This document shows, piece by piece, positions 39,290 to 47,721 of a stretch of DNA of 64,000 nucleotides (positions are counted from its first letter, which is position 1; every line of letters starts with the position of its first letter). The position numbers and the translations under genes are program-made. The stretch lies in contig JBIILZ010000004.1 in assembly GCA_044338255.1 (NCBI GenBank), positions 3,808 through 67,807 of the forward strand, in the 5' to 3' direction. Source of the stretch: Planctomycetota bacterium. Lineage in GTDB: Bacteria > Planctomycetota > UBA11346. The notes under the pieces are model-generated. The model made no database searches. It saw only the letters and a list, made by a program, of their open reading frames with translations, and was not told the origin of the DNA.

Positions 39290-40128
39290 CGACGTGGTTC
39301 GCGGATCAGGGTGAGGATGGCGCTGAAATCGAGATCGCCGAGCCCGTGGGTTTCGGCCGCGGTCAGCGTTTCGGTGGCGGTGTCGGTCAAGGGCATGGCC
39401 AGGGCATGCGCGGCCGCCAGGCGTTGGGCTAGGCGGACATCCTTGGCCATGTGCTTGATGGCGAATTGCGGGCTGTAATCGCTGTTCAGCCACTTGGGCT
39501 TTTTCAGGTCAGCGTATGGCGACTTGCCGACGTTGAGATCGAGGGCCGCGAACCACGCCTCCGGAGGGATACCGGCGCGACGCGCCAATTCCTGGGCTTC
39601 GCACATCGCCTGATTGAGGTCGGCGAGCAGCAGGTTGAAGGAGAGCTTCATGGCCGTCGCCTGACCGACGGCACCGGCCAGGACCTGGGCCTTGGCGAGA
39701 CGTGCGTAAAGCGGCTGGACCTCGGCGGCATCGCTATCTTCGCCGGCGACGAAAAACACATTCTGCCGCTGTTCGGCCGCTGGCTTGCTGCCGGTGAAGG
39801 GCATATCGAGAAAGCGCGCCCCGGCGCTGCGCACCAGCTGTGCGGCGGCGAGGGTCTCATCGTAGCCGATGGTGCTGTGCTGACAGACGAGCGCCCGCGG
39901 CGGTAGCGCGGAACGCACCGCTTCCAGCACGGAGAGCACGGCCGCGCCATCGGCGACGACCACCAGGACGAGTTCGGCATCACGGACGGCATCGCTGGCG
40001 TCGGCAGTCCAGCCGGGTTGGTCAGGCTTGGGGCTACGGTTCCAGGCCCGGACCTGATGGCCATCGGAATGCAGATGACGAGCCCAGATCGAACCGATGA
40101 GACCAAGGCCGAGGACGGCAATACGCAT
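39286..40128 (-). CDS. NAD(P)-dependent beta-hydroxyacid dehydrogenase family oxidoreductase
   Basis: MRIAVLGLGLIGSIWARHL is a Rossmann motif. The layout is that of 3-hydroxyisobutyrate/6-phosphogluconate dehydrogenases. The stop overlaps the pyrD start. Confidence 0.8.
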   Translation of the reverse strand: MRIAVLGLGLIGSIWARHLHSDGHQVRAWNRSPKPDQPGWTADASDAVRDAELVLVVVADGAAVLSVLEAVRSALPPRALVCQHSTIGYDETLAAAQLVRSAGARFLDMPFTGSKPAAEQRQNVFFVAGEDSDAAEVQPLYARLAKAQVLAGAVGQATAMKLSFNLLLADLNQAMCEAQELARRAGIPPEAWFAALDLNVGKSPYADLKKPKWLNSDYSPQFAIKHMAKDVRLAQRLAAAHALAMPLTDTATETLTAAETHGLGDLDFSAILTLIREPRR

Positions 40129-40180
40129 GATCGCCGCAGTATTCAGGGATTTGGGGGTATTGCTATCGGATGTAGGAGCT

Positions 40181-40270
40181 GACCTGGGATCAGGGATCAG
40201 GGGCCAGGGATCAGGGATCAGGTGCTAGGAACCAGAGACCAGGGGCCAGAGACCAGAGACCAGGGACCAG
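40181..40270. repeat. Heptanucleotide array C: about 13 units of GRYCAGG/CCAGRGR orientation
   Basis: gacctgg gatcagg gatcagg ggccagg gatcagg gatcagg ... gaccaga gaccagg gaccagg. It lies upstream of the oxidoreductase-pyrD operon. Confidence 0.9.
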
Positions 40271-40360
40271 GAAGCATAGGAAGCTCCATGTTCAAATACT
40301 GACGCTCGACTACGGTATACTGGGTTGCTGGACTTTGAGCTTCGTTCGTCGATCTCGAAA

Positions 40361-40533
40361 GCTGGTCGCTGGTCGCTGGTCGCTGGTTCCTGGTCCCTGG
40401 TCCCTGGTCCCTGGTCCCTGGTCCCTGGTCCCTGGTCCCTGGTCCCTGGTCCCTGGACTCTGGTCTCTGGCCCCTGGCCCCTGGCCCCTGGCCCCTGGTT
40501 CCTAATCCCTGGCACCTGGTTCCTAATCCCTGT
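40361..40533. repeat. Heptanucleotide array D: about 25 units of GGYCYCT, inverted relative to array C
   Basis: It includes nine exact GGTCCCT copies (40392-40454) and four exact GGCCCCT copies (40469-40496). A 90-bp unique spacer separates it from array C. Confidence 0.95.
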
Positions 40534-40568
40534 CTCTATCTCCCACTCACCCCCGACTCAAAAATCCA

Positions 40569-40736
40569 CTAGGAGCCTGTCGGGAATAGATGACCGAGGA
40601 TGGCGAAGGGATCGTGCGGCAGATCCAAGGCGGCAAGGCGGGCGGATAGCGAGAGCTATCTGACCGTTTTGCCAACGCCGGAGCTGCCGTACGAGACCGA
40701 GTCAGCCGACCGAATCTATTCCCGACAGACTCCTAG
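40569..40736. repeat. 168-bp element bounded by 23-bp terminal inverted repeats (MITE-like or a long-range RNA stem)
   Basis: The left arm is ctaggagcctgtcgggaatagat (40569-40591). The right arm is atctattcccgacagactcctag (40714-40736). 22 of 23 positions are complementary. An internal hairpin, gatagcgagagctatc, is also present. Confidence 0.6.
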
Positions 40737-40744
40737 CAAAATCC

Positions 40745-41872
40745 CTAAACCGAAGTCCCTCTTCCCCCCACCCTCTTCAATCTCAAATCCACATTCCCCA
40801 ACTGTCCACACGCGGCCATGATTGTCCGCCCTTTGGTGATCCGTCTGCGGACCGGCAGTCCTTCATCGCGCAGCCAGCCGAGGAAGGTGTCGACCTCGAC
40901 CTCGCTGGGCGCTCTCGTCAAGGGCGCATTGCCGGGATTGTAGGGGATCAGATTGAGCAGCACCCGGCCCAACGGCTGGCAAAAGGCGGCGACGTGCGCG
41001 GCATCGGCGCGGGTGTCATTGAGCCCCGGCAGCAGGCAGTAATTGACTCCGAGGGTGAAATTGCGGCGCTGAGGATAAGCCGCCAGGATCCGCTGTAATT
41101 CCGCCAGCGGGGTCTTGCGGTTGACCGGCATGATCCGCGAGCGCAGCTCGTCGGTGGCGCCATTGAGGCTGAGCGAGAGGTTGAGTCGCTTCCAACCGAG
41201 GGCGGCGATGCGCGCGATGCCTTCGGCATGGCCGCTGGTGCAGATGGTGATGCGCTCCTGGCTGTAGTGCAGACCGCGGCGATCGGTCAGCACCTGCAGG
41301 GCCTGGATGACGTTGTCGCAATTGTCGAGCGCTTCGCCCATGCCCATGAAGACGATGTTTTTCGGGGTCCATCCGAGCACGGTGCGGGCAGTGATCACCT
41401 GGGCGACGATCTCGCCGGCAGTCAGATGACGCAGCAGGCCCATGCGCCCGGTCTCGCAAAAGGTGCAGCCCATCTTGCAGCCGACCTGCGAGGAGATGCA
41501 GATGGTGTGCTCCATGGTCCCGTCTTCGGCGACATGCATGGGGATGCGTACGGCTTCGATCTCGTAGCCGTCATGAGTGGCGAACACCGCTTTGGCGGTG
41601 ATCCCTGAGGTTGTCTCTTCGTCGAGATGGGTGATGACCTTCAGCAATGGCGCCTGGAAGTGCTGGTGCCAGGTGGCGGCGGTGGCGGCGCTGATGGGAA
41701 AACTTTCCGGCGCATAGCGTCCCTCGCGCATCACCTGCGGATAGAGCGTATGGGCGATGCCGTGGCCGACGGGCATGGCGAATTGCGCAGCTGCGGAAAG
41801 CTCGTCGCTGGTCAGTCCGAAGACATTCAGCGGAACAGGCGTCAGCGGTGGAGACGAGGGGGGCAGGGGCAC
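40745..41872 (-). CDS. rlmN: 23S rRNA/tRNA adenine-C2 methyltransferase RlmN (radical SAM)
   Basis: CISSQVGCKMGCTFCETG is the CxxxCxxC cluster. FMGMGEALDN and the C-terminal AACGQL catalytic cysteine are present. Confidence 0.9.
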   Translation of the reverse strand: MPLPPSSPPLTPVPLNVFGLTSDELSAAAQFAMPVGHGIAHTLYPQVMREGRYAPESFPISAATAATWHQHFQAPLLKVITHLDEETTSGITAKAVFATHDGYEIEAVRIPMHVAEDGTMEHTICISSQVGCKMGCTFCETGRMGLLRHLTAGEIVAQVITARTVLGWTPKNIVFMGMGEALDNCDNVIQALQVLTDRRGLHYSQERITICTSGHAEGIARIAALGWKRLNLSLSLNGATDELRSRIMPVNRKTPLAELQRILAAYPQRRNFTLGVNYCLLPGLNDTRADAAHVAAFCQPLGRVLLNLIPYNPGNAPLTRAPSEVEVDTFLGWLRDEGLPVRRRITKGRTIMAACGQLGNVDLRLKRVGGRGTSV

Positions 41873-41917
41873 GGCGGGCTCACGTCAGCGCCACGGGGCG
41901 CACAGGCGATGGGTCGT

Positions 41918-42937
41918 TTATTCCGGGCCCTTGATGCGCGCCAGGATGCCGATCTTCGCGAAGCGCTGCTTGGCGGCTTCGGCATCGGCCTGGGTCGCAC
42001 CCTTGAGCACCGGTATGATGACCTTCTTGGACAGCACTTCGGCTTCTTCGGGGGTGATCTTGGCCATTTCGACGATCAGTGGCAGGGCCTTCTGGCGCCG
42101 GCCTTCGTCGCCGATCTTGGCCAGGAAGACCGCCCATCCCGAAGCCGCCTGACCTTCGCCGCCAACGCTTGGCCGATGACCCGAACCCGAGGGCTGCAAC
42201 ACGCTACTGCTGCCGTTGCTCCCGGAATCTTCATCGGGCAGGAGCCGATTGAGGATCGAGGTGATGTCTTGATTGTTGGGGATGAAGCCGCTGGATTCGT
42301 CTTCCGGAAACAGCTCGTTCAAGCGCGACAAGGCATCATCGTTGGATGCGGACGGGCGAGCCGAATTCCAGCTCGATGTGGTGGGAGGATTGCTGGCGGT
42401 CGACGGACGCGGGGCAGGTCCCGAAGGCAAGGTCGGAACACCACCGAAAGGCGTGATCTCGGGCAGTTGGATGCCACGGAATTCGTTGCTGCGCGCCAGC
42501 GGCGCCTGCGGTACGGGAGCGATCGCAGGTTGCGCACCGCTTATCAGTCCGCTGCTGTGCACGGTATTGAGCAATAAGGCGAGCACCGTGGTGACGCTGC
42601 CGTCGGGGAGGGTCACCGGCAGTTTGCAGTCGGCGACGTGATCGCTGATATCACGTTTGAATACCTGCGGACGACGCGGCCAGTCGATCTTTGGCAACTC
42701 TTCAGGGGCGTAGTCGGCGAACTCGACTATGGCCCCGATGCGAGTGAAGCCGGCGAGGGCCAGGTGCATCACGGCAGCTTCTTCGCTGGTCATGTCCGGG
42801 AGCAGCACGATCGGTGCCGAATCGGCGATCGACGCGCAGGTACTTTCCTTCAGGCTGAAGGCCCGGCCGAGCATTTGAGCGATCGCAGGTTTGACTGCAT
42901 CGGGACACGCACGAAGGATGAAGGTGAAGGTAGCCAT
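41918..42937 (-). CDS. Hypothetical protein with two ribosomal L7/L12 C-terminal-like domains joined by a Pro/Ser-rich linker
   Basis: The N-terminus is FTFILRACPDAVKPAIAQMLGRAFSLKESTCASIADSAPIVLLPDMTSEEAAVMHLALAGFTRIGAIVEF. The C-terminus is VFLAKIGDEGRRQKALPLIVEMAKITPEEAEVLSKKVIIPVLKGATQADAEAAKQRFAKIGILARIK. Both follow the L7/L12 CTD pattern (FDVxL..K..VIK.VR...GLKEAK..V...P..vk.gvsk.eAe.ik.kLe..GA.ve). Confidence 0.45.
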   Translation of the reverse strand: MATFTFILRACPDAVKPAIAQMLGRAFSLKESTCASIADSAPIVLLPDMTSEEAAVMHLALAGFTRIGAIVEFADYAPEELPKIDWPRRPQVFKRDISDHVADCKLPVTLPDGSVTTVLALLLNTVHSSGLISGAQPAIAPVPQAPLARSNEFRGIQLPEITPFGGVPTLPSGPAPRPSTASNPPTTSSWNSARPSASNDDALSRLNELFPEDESSGFIPNNQDITSILNRLLPDEDSGSNGSSSVLQPSGSGHRPSVGGEGQAASGWAVFLAKIGDEGRRQKALPLIVEMAKITPEEAEVLSKKVIIPVLKGATQADAEAAKQRFAKIGILARIKGPE

Positions 42938-43033
42938 CGGACTCGGTGCAGCATGATCAAAGTGCCGGAGTGGCGGTCAACTGTCATAGTGATGCAGACG
43001 ATGCGAGGGGAGTCAGACATGGACCAGCCCCCC

Positions 43034-43087
43034 AAAGTCCATGGCGAAAGTCCATGGCGAAAGTCCATGGCGAAAGTCCATGGCGAA
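43034..43087. repeat. 13-bp tandem repeat AAAGTCCATGGCG, 4 exact copies
   Basis: Each unit contains the palindrome CCATGG. The unit length is not a multiple of 3. It lies in the divergent region between the L7/L12-like gene (start 42937) and the thioredoxin-like gene (start 43115). Confidence 0.95.
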
Positions 43088-43114
43088 CGGACTCGACCTG
43101 CGGATGCTAAAGCC

Positions 43115-43498
43115 ATGCCCATTACACGTTGCACTACCTCAGACGAAGCCGCAGCGTATCTTGAGGCAATAGTTGCCAGCCAGGGTTCGGCGCTGTTCGT
43201 GTTCTTCGGCGCCGAAGATCCGCAGACCGGTGAGAGCTGGTGCCCGGACTGCGTCACCGCCGATCCGGTGTTGCGGCGGACCATCGCCGCGACGCGCAAA
43301 GATCTCGTCCTGTATGAATGCCCGGTGGGCCAGCGCGCCGACTGGAAGAATCAGCCGGCGCACCCGTATCGTCTGCATCCGCTGCTGCGTGTCGCGCGTA
43401 TCCCCACCCTGGTGTTCTTCGAGAACGGGATTGAACGCGGTCGTCTGGTCGAGGCCGATTGCGCGCAGGTCGCGACCGTCGAAGCCTTCCTTCGTTGA
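43115..43498 (+). CDS. Thioredoxin-fold protein (TXNDC17/DUF953-like, WCPDC motif)
   Basis: MPITRCTTSDEAAAYLEAI...ALFVFFGAEDPQTGESWCPDCV...IPTLVFFENG. The start was chosen downstream of the 13-bp repeats. An upstream in-frame start at 43019 cannot be excluded. Confidence 0.6.
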   Translation: MPITRCTTSDEAAAYLEAIVASQGSALFVFFGAEDPQTGESWCPDCVTADPVLRRTIAATRKDLVLYECPVGQRADWKNQPAHPYRLHPLLRVARIPTLVFFENGIERGRLVEADCAQVATVEAFLR

Positions 43499-43505
43499 GG
43501 GCCGC

Positions 43506-44201
43506 TCAAAAAGCAGCTGAGGCGCCGAGGAACGGCCCGCCGATGGTCAGGTCCCAGGTATCGCCGTTGTCGAGCTTCTGCGTGCTGGTGACCTGACGCC
43601 AGCCGCCGATGAGCGCCAGTGGACCGATGAGGCGCCAGTTGAGCTCCGCGACACCGTCAATCACATCGTCACGATCCAAGGCTCCGCCCATGAGCCGGGC
43701 TTCAAGGCTCAAGCCATCGGTGAGGCGGACCCAGCCACGCGCGGCGGCAGCAGGCACCAGGAAATCCTCGCGGTTGCCGGTGGCGGGATCGAGGTCTTGG
43801 GCGAGCACGCCGGCGCCCAGCGCCACGCCCACCCGATCGATCAATTCCAGTTCCCACATGGCCACGGCATAGCCGCCGGTGACTTTGGCATCCGCGCCAT
43901 TGTCTGCGTCATCCTTCCACTGCCAGGCGCCGGCATGGATGCCGGGAATCAGCGGCACCGGCAGATCGACATAGGCATCGACCATGACGTTGGTGTGGTC
44001 ATCATCCAGGCCGACGCTGCTGCCTGAGGTCGAGCCCCCGCCTTGCGGTTTGATGGTGACCGTCGGCTGCTGGTACCACGCCGCCGCTGAGACGCGAACG
44101 AAGGGATCACTGAGGTTGTCAGCCGCGAAGGCGGCAGTGCCGCAGGCAGCATTGCCGCAGGCCACGAGGAAAGTGCTCAGGATTGAAGTTGAAATGCGCA
44201 T
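43506..44201 (-). CDS. Outer-membrane beta-barrel-like protein
   Basis: The signal peptide is MRISTSILSTFLVACGNAACGTAAFA. Strands are alternating and aromatic-rich. The C-terminal residue is Phe. Confidence 0.5.
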   Translation of the reverse strand: MRISTSILSTFLVACGNAACGTAAFAADNLSDPFVRVSAAAWYQQPTVTIKPQGGGSTSGSSVGLDDDHTNVMVDAYVDLPVPLIPGIHAGAWQWKDDADNGADAKVTGGYAVAMWELELIDRVGVALGAGVLAQDLDPATGNREDFLVPAAAARGWVRLTDGLSLEARLMGGALDRDDVIDGVAELNWRLIGPLALIGGWRQVTSTQKLDNGDTWDLTIGGPFLGASAAF

Positions 44202-44338
44202 GACGTGGCCTGGTAAAGTGGTGAAGGCTTGGGCAAACTATATCGGGAAGAAAATCGCGGTAGTGGGAAAAAGGTGCTGTCGGCAGTGCCAGGCGCTTCG
44301 TCATTGGCTGACGCGCGCGGTGTACACACTCTCGGCCC

Positions 44339-44881
44339 ATGGCGAAAAAAACCGCGCCCGCGAAGACTGAGAACAAAAGCGTCAAGAAGGACGCCGCCAA
44401 GGGCATCAAGCCGGGCGGCACCTTGGAGATCCTCTATAATCGCAAACTGCGCCACGATTATGCGATCCTCGATACCTGGGAAGCCGGCATCGTGTTGATG
44501 GGCAGCGAGGTCAAGAGCCTGCGCAATGGCGACGTGCAGTGGGGCGATGCCCATGCCCGCCCCAGTCCCAGCGAGGAATTGTGGCTCTATGGCCTGCATA
44601 TCGGCGAGTACCGCCAGGCGGGGATATGGGGCCACCAACCGCAGCAGCCGCGCAAACTGCTCATGCATCGCAAGGAGATCAACAAGATCATCTCCAAGTT
44701 GGCGACCAAGGGACTGACCATGGTTCCCGAACAACTGCTGTTCCGCAGCGGCAAGGCCAAGGTCGTGATCTGCCTTTGCCAAGGCAAGACGCATGGAGAC
44801 AAGCGACAGGACCTGATCAAACGGGCGCAGGGGAGAGATGTGGAAAGGGAGATATCGAGGAGGACGAGGGGGAAGGATTAG
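44339..44881 (+). CDS. smpB: SsrA-binding protein SmpB
   Basis: NRKLRHDYAILDTWEAGIVLMGSEVKSLR...LYGLHIGEY...RKLLMHRKEINKI...KGLTMVP is the canonical SmpB pattern, here with a Lys-rich N-terminal extension. Confidence 0.95.
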   Translation: MAKKTAPAKTENKSVKKDAAKGIKPGGTLEILYNRKLRHDYAILDTWEAGIVLMGSEVKSLRNGDVQWGDAHARPSPSEELWLYGLHIGEYRQAGIWGHQPQQPRKLLMHRKEINKIISKLATKGLTMVPEQLLFRSGKAKVVICLCQGKTHGDKRQDLIKRAQGRDVEREISRRTRGKD

Positions 44882-44955
44882 AGGTTTCGGAGCTCGGCAT
44901 ATCGAAGCCTGAAGCACCGAAGCATCTAAGCACCGAAGCTTCGGTACTTCGAAAT

Positions 44956-45133
44956 CTGGTTTTTGGTCTCTGGTCTCTGGTCTCTGGTCCCTGGCTCCTA
45001 GTCCCTGGCCCCTGGTCTCTGGTCTCTGGTCTCTGGTCTCTGGTCTCTGGTCCCTGGTCCCTGGCCCCTGGTCCCTGGTCCCTGGTCTCTGGCCTCTGGC
45101 CCCTGGTCCCTGGTCCCAGTTCCCAGTTCCCAG
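44956..45133. repeat. Heptanucleotide array E: about 25 units of GGYCYCT
   Basis: ggtctct ggtctct ggtctct ggtccct ggctcct agtccct ggcccct ggtctct ... It lies between convergent smpB (stop 44881) and the adenosyltransferase gene (stop 45160). The palindrome accgaagcttcggt (44932-44945) precedes it. Confidence 0.95.
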
Positions 45134-45159
45134 AACACCCCTGATCCCCTTCCCGCCGT

Positions 45160-45726
45160 TCAGCGCACCTCGCCCCCAGGCATCCACAACACCTCCGCCT
45201 TCCCCCCGTCATTCTCCTTCCTCGCCCAGATAAAGCACAGATCCGAAAGCCGATTGAGATACCGCAGGCAATTCGGATTCCACGCCCGGGCCGGATCGGC
45301 GTGCTGGGCGGCGACGAGGTCGCGCTCGGCCCGGCGCACCACCGTGCGCGCCAGGTGCAGCCACGCCGAGGCCCGGCTGCCAGCCGGCAGGACGAAGCTG
45401 GTGAGCGGGGCGAGGCCGGCATTGGCCGCCGTCGCCCAGGCTTCGAGGCGTGCGACCTGGGCATCGGTGATGCGTGGGATCTTGGCTTCCCAGGGGCTGC
45501 CCGGCGGGGTCGCGAGATCGGCGCCGAGATCGAAGAGGTCGTTCTGCACCTGCGGCAACTCGGCCAGCGGTGCGTCGAGCCGGACCACTCCCAACAGCGA
45601 ATTGGCCTCATCGACGCTGCCGATGACGGCGATCAGCGGGTGATCCTTGGCGATGCGGCTGCCGTCGCCGAGGCCGGTGGTGCCTTGGTCGCCGGTGCGC
45701 GTGATGATCTGATTGAGGGTTACCAT
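45160..45726 (-). CDS. ATP:cob(I)alamin adenosyltransferase (PduO type)
   Basis: IITRTGDQGTTGLGDGSRIAKD...GSVDEANS is the PduO-type N-terminal signature. Confidence 0.85.
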   Translation of the reverse strand: MVTLNQIITRTGDQGTTGLGDGSRIAKDHPLIAVIGSVDEANSLLGVVRLDAPLAELPQVQNDLFDLGADLATPPGSPWEAKIPRITDAQVARLEAWATAANAGLAPLTSFVLPAGSRASAWLHLARTVVRRAERDLVAAQHADPARAWNPNCLRYLNRLSDLCFIWARKENDGGKAEVLWMPGGEVR

Positions 45727-45811
45727 GCGGGCACGCTACAAGCTACTACGGCTGACGCACGCCGCAGGCTGGCCCTTCGCCTGGCGCGCTTCGACGTAGT
45801 CTCTCTTTTCC

Positions 45812-46813
45812 ATGTCCGCGACTGCGATCCAGGCCGACAGCCTGAGCAAGATCTTCCGCACCTACGATCGTCGCCCTGGCTTCTGGGGCTCGCTGCGCGA
45901 CCTCGTCGATCGCCAGCACCGCGAGTTGAAGGCGGTTGACAACATCTCCCTGACCATCCCCCAGGGCCAGGCGATCGGCTACATCGGCCCCAACGGCGCC
46001 GGTAAGAGCACCACCATCAAGATGCTCACCGGTATCCTCACGCCGACCTCCGGCAGCGTGCGCGTCAACGGCTTCGATCCGCATCGCCAGCGCGGACAGT
46101 ACGTCAAGACCGTGGGCGCGGTCTTCGGCCAACGCTCGCAGCTGTGGTGGGATCTGGCAGTGGGCGAAAGCTTCGAGTTGCTGCGCCATCTCTACGACGT
46201 CTCGGCCGCCGACTACGCCACGCGCCTGAAGCGCTTCGACGAGGTCCTTGAGCTCACGCCGTTCCTGCGCACGCCGGTGCGCAAACTCTCGTTGGGCCAG
46301 CGCATGAAGGCCGACATCGCGGCTGCCCTGCTGCACAATCCCTCGGTGCTGTTCCTCGACGAGCCCACCGTTGGCGTCGATGTCGTGACCAAGACCCGCC
46401 TGCGCGAATTCCTGCGCGAGCTCAATCGCGAGCAGGGTACGACCATCCTTCTCACCACCCACGACATGCAGGACATCGAAGCCCTCGCCAGCCGCGTGGT
46501 GGTGATCGATCACGGCGCGATCATGCATGACGGCACGCTCGCCTCGCTGACCGATCGCTATGGTGGAGGCAAGCTGCTGCGGTTGACCTTGAGCCGCGCG
46601 ATCGAGTTGGACCAGCATGCCGATCTGCCCCGCCAGGGCATCGTCTGGACGCAGAGCAGTCCGGTCGAGGTCGTCGCCGTGCTCGAGCGCGACATCGATT
46701 GTCCGGCGACCTTGCAGCGGGTCCTGGGCCTGCTGCCGGTGGCCGACATCGCCATCGAGGAACCCTCGATCGAGGAAGTGGTCAAAGCTCTGTACGGAGG
46801 ACGCGCCGGATGA
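45812..46813 (+). CDS. ABC transporter ATP-binding protein (no adjacent permease)
   Basis: Walker A is GPNGAGKSTT, the signature is LSLGQRMK and Walker B is LFLDEPTVGVD. Confidence 0.9.
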   Translation: MSATAIQADSLSKIFRTYDRRPGFWGSLRDLVDRQHRELKAVDNISLTIPQGQAIGYIGPNGAGKSTTIKMLTGILTPTSGSVRVNGFDPHRQRGQYVKTVGAVFGQRSQLWWDLAVGESFELLRHLYDVSAADYATRLKRFDEVLELTPFLRTPVRKLSLGQRMKADIAAALLHNPSVLFLDEPTVGVDVVTKTRLREFLRELNREQGTTILLTTHDMQDIEALASRVVVIDHGAIMHDGTLASLTDRYGGGKLLRLTLSRAIELDQHADLPRQGIVWTQSSPVEVVAVLERDIDCPATLQRVLGLLPVADIAIEEPSIEEVVKALYGGRAG

Positions 46814-47721
46814 TCCCGCTTGCCCAACATCCGGATGTGGCGGCGCTGGTGCGCCTCGCCCTCCACGAGGACCTGCGCTTCGGCGGCGATGTGACGTGCA
46901 GCGCGACACTCGCCCCGGGTTCGCAGCTTAGCGGTTGGGTGCGCGCCAAGGAGCCCGGCGTGGTTTGCGGCCTGTGGCTGTTCGCCGAGGTCTTCGCACA
47001 ACTGGGGAGAACGGTCGAGGTCAGCGAGGTCGCCGCCGACGGTACCGTCGTCAAGCCCGGCGACATCGTCATCCGCATGCACGGCGACGCGGCGGCGATG
47101 CTCATCGGCGAACGTACGGCGCTCAACTTCTGCCAGCGTCTCTCGGGTACCGCGACCCTCACGCGGCACTATGTCGAGGCCATCGCGGGCACGCGGGCAC
47201 AGATCCTCGACACCCGCAAGACCACCCCCGGCATGCGCCTGCTGCAGAAACAAGCGGTGCTCGCCGGCGGCGGCCGCAACCATCGCATCGGGCTCTATGA
47301 TCAAGTGCTGATCAAGGACAATCACATCGCCCTGATGCCCCCCGGTCCGTTGGGCTCGGGCCCTGCCGAAGCCGTGCGCCGCAGTCGTGAGCGCCTGGGC
47401 CCGACGGTGATCGTCGAGGTCGAAATCGAAAGCCTGGCGGATCTTGAGCCGTGTATCCACGCGGGGGCCGACATCATCCTCCTCGACAACCTGCCGCCGG
47501 CGACGCTACGCGAAGCCGTCTCCCGCCGTGATGCCTGCGCCGCGTCGCGACCGGTGCTGCTGGAGGCCTCTGGCGGCATCACTCTGGCGACCGTGCGGAC
47601 CTTTGCCGAATCCGGCGTCGAGCGCATTTCCACTGGCGAATTGACGCATTCGGTGCGTTCGCTGGACCTCTCGATGCGTTGCCAGCCGCTTTCGCGCTCC
47701 GCGAACGAGACCGGCGGATGA
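46810..47721 (+). CDS. nadC: Nicotinate-nucleotide diphosphorylase (carboxylating)
   Basis: Start at MIPLAQHP (ATGA overlap with the upstream stop). ERTALNFCQRLSG, DTRKTTPG, GGGRNHRIGLYD and LIKDNH are present. Confidence 0.9.
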   Translation: MIPLAQHPDVAALVRLALHEDLRFGGDVTCSATLAPGSQLSGWVRAKEPGVVCGLWLFAEVFAQLGRTVEVSEVAADGTVVKPGDIVIRMHGDAAAMLIGERTALNFCQRLSGTATLTRHYVEAIAGTRAQILDTRKTTPGMRLLQKQAVLAGGGRNHRIGLYDQVLIKDNHIALMPPGPLGSGPAEAVRRSRERLGPTVIVEVEIESLADLEPCIHAGADIILLDNLPPATLREAVSRRDACAASRPVLLEASGGITLATVRTFAESGVERISTGELTHSVRSLDLSMRCQPLSRSANETGG

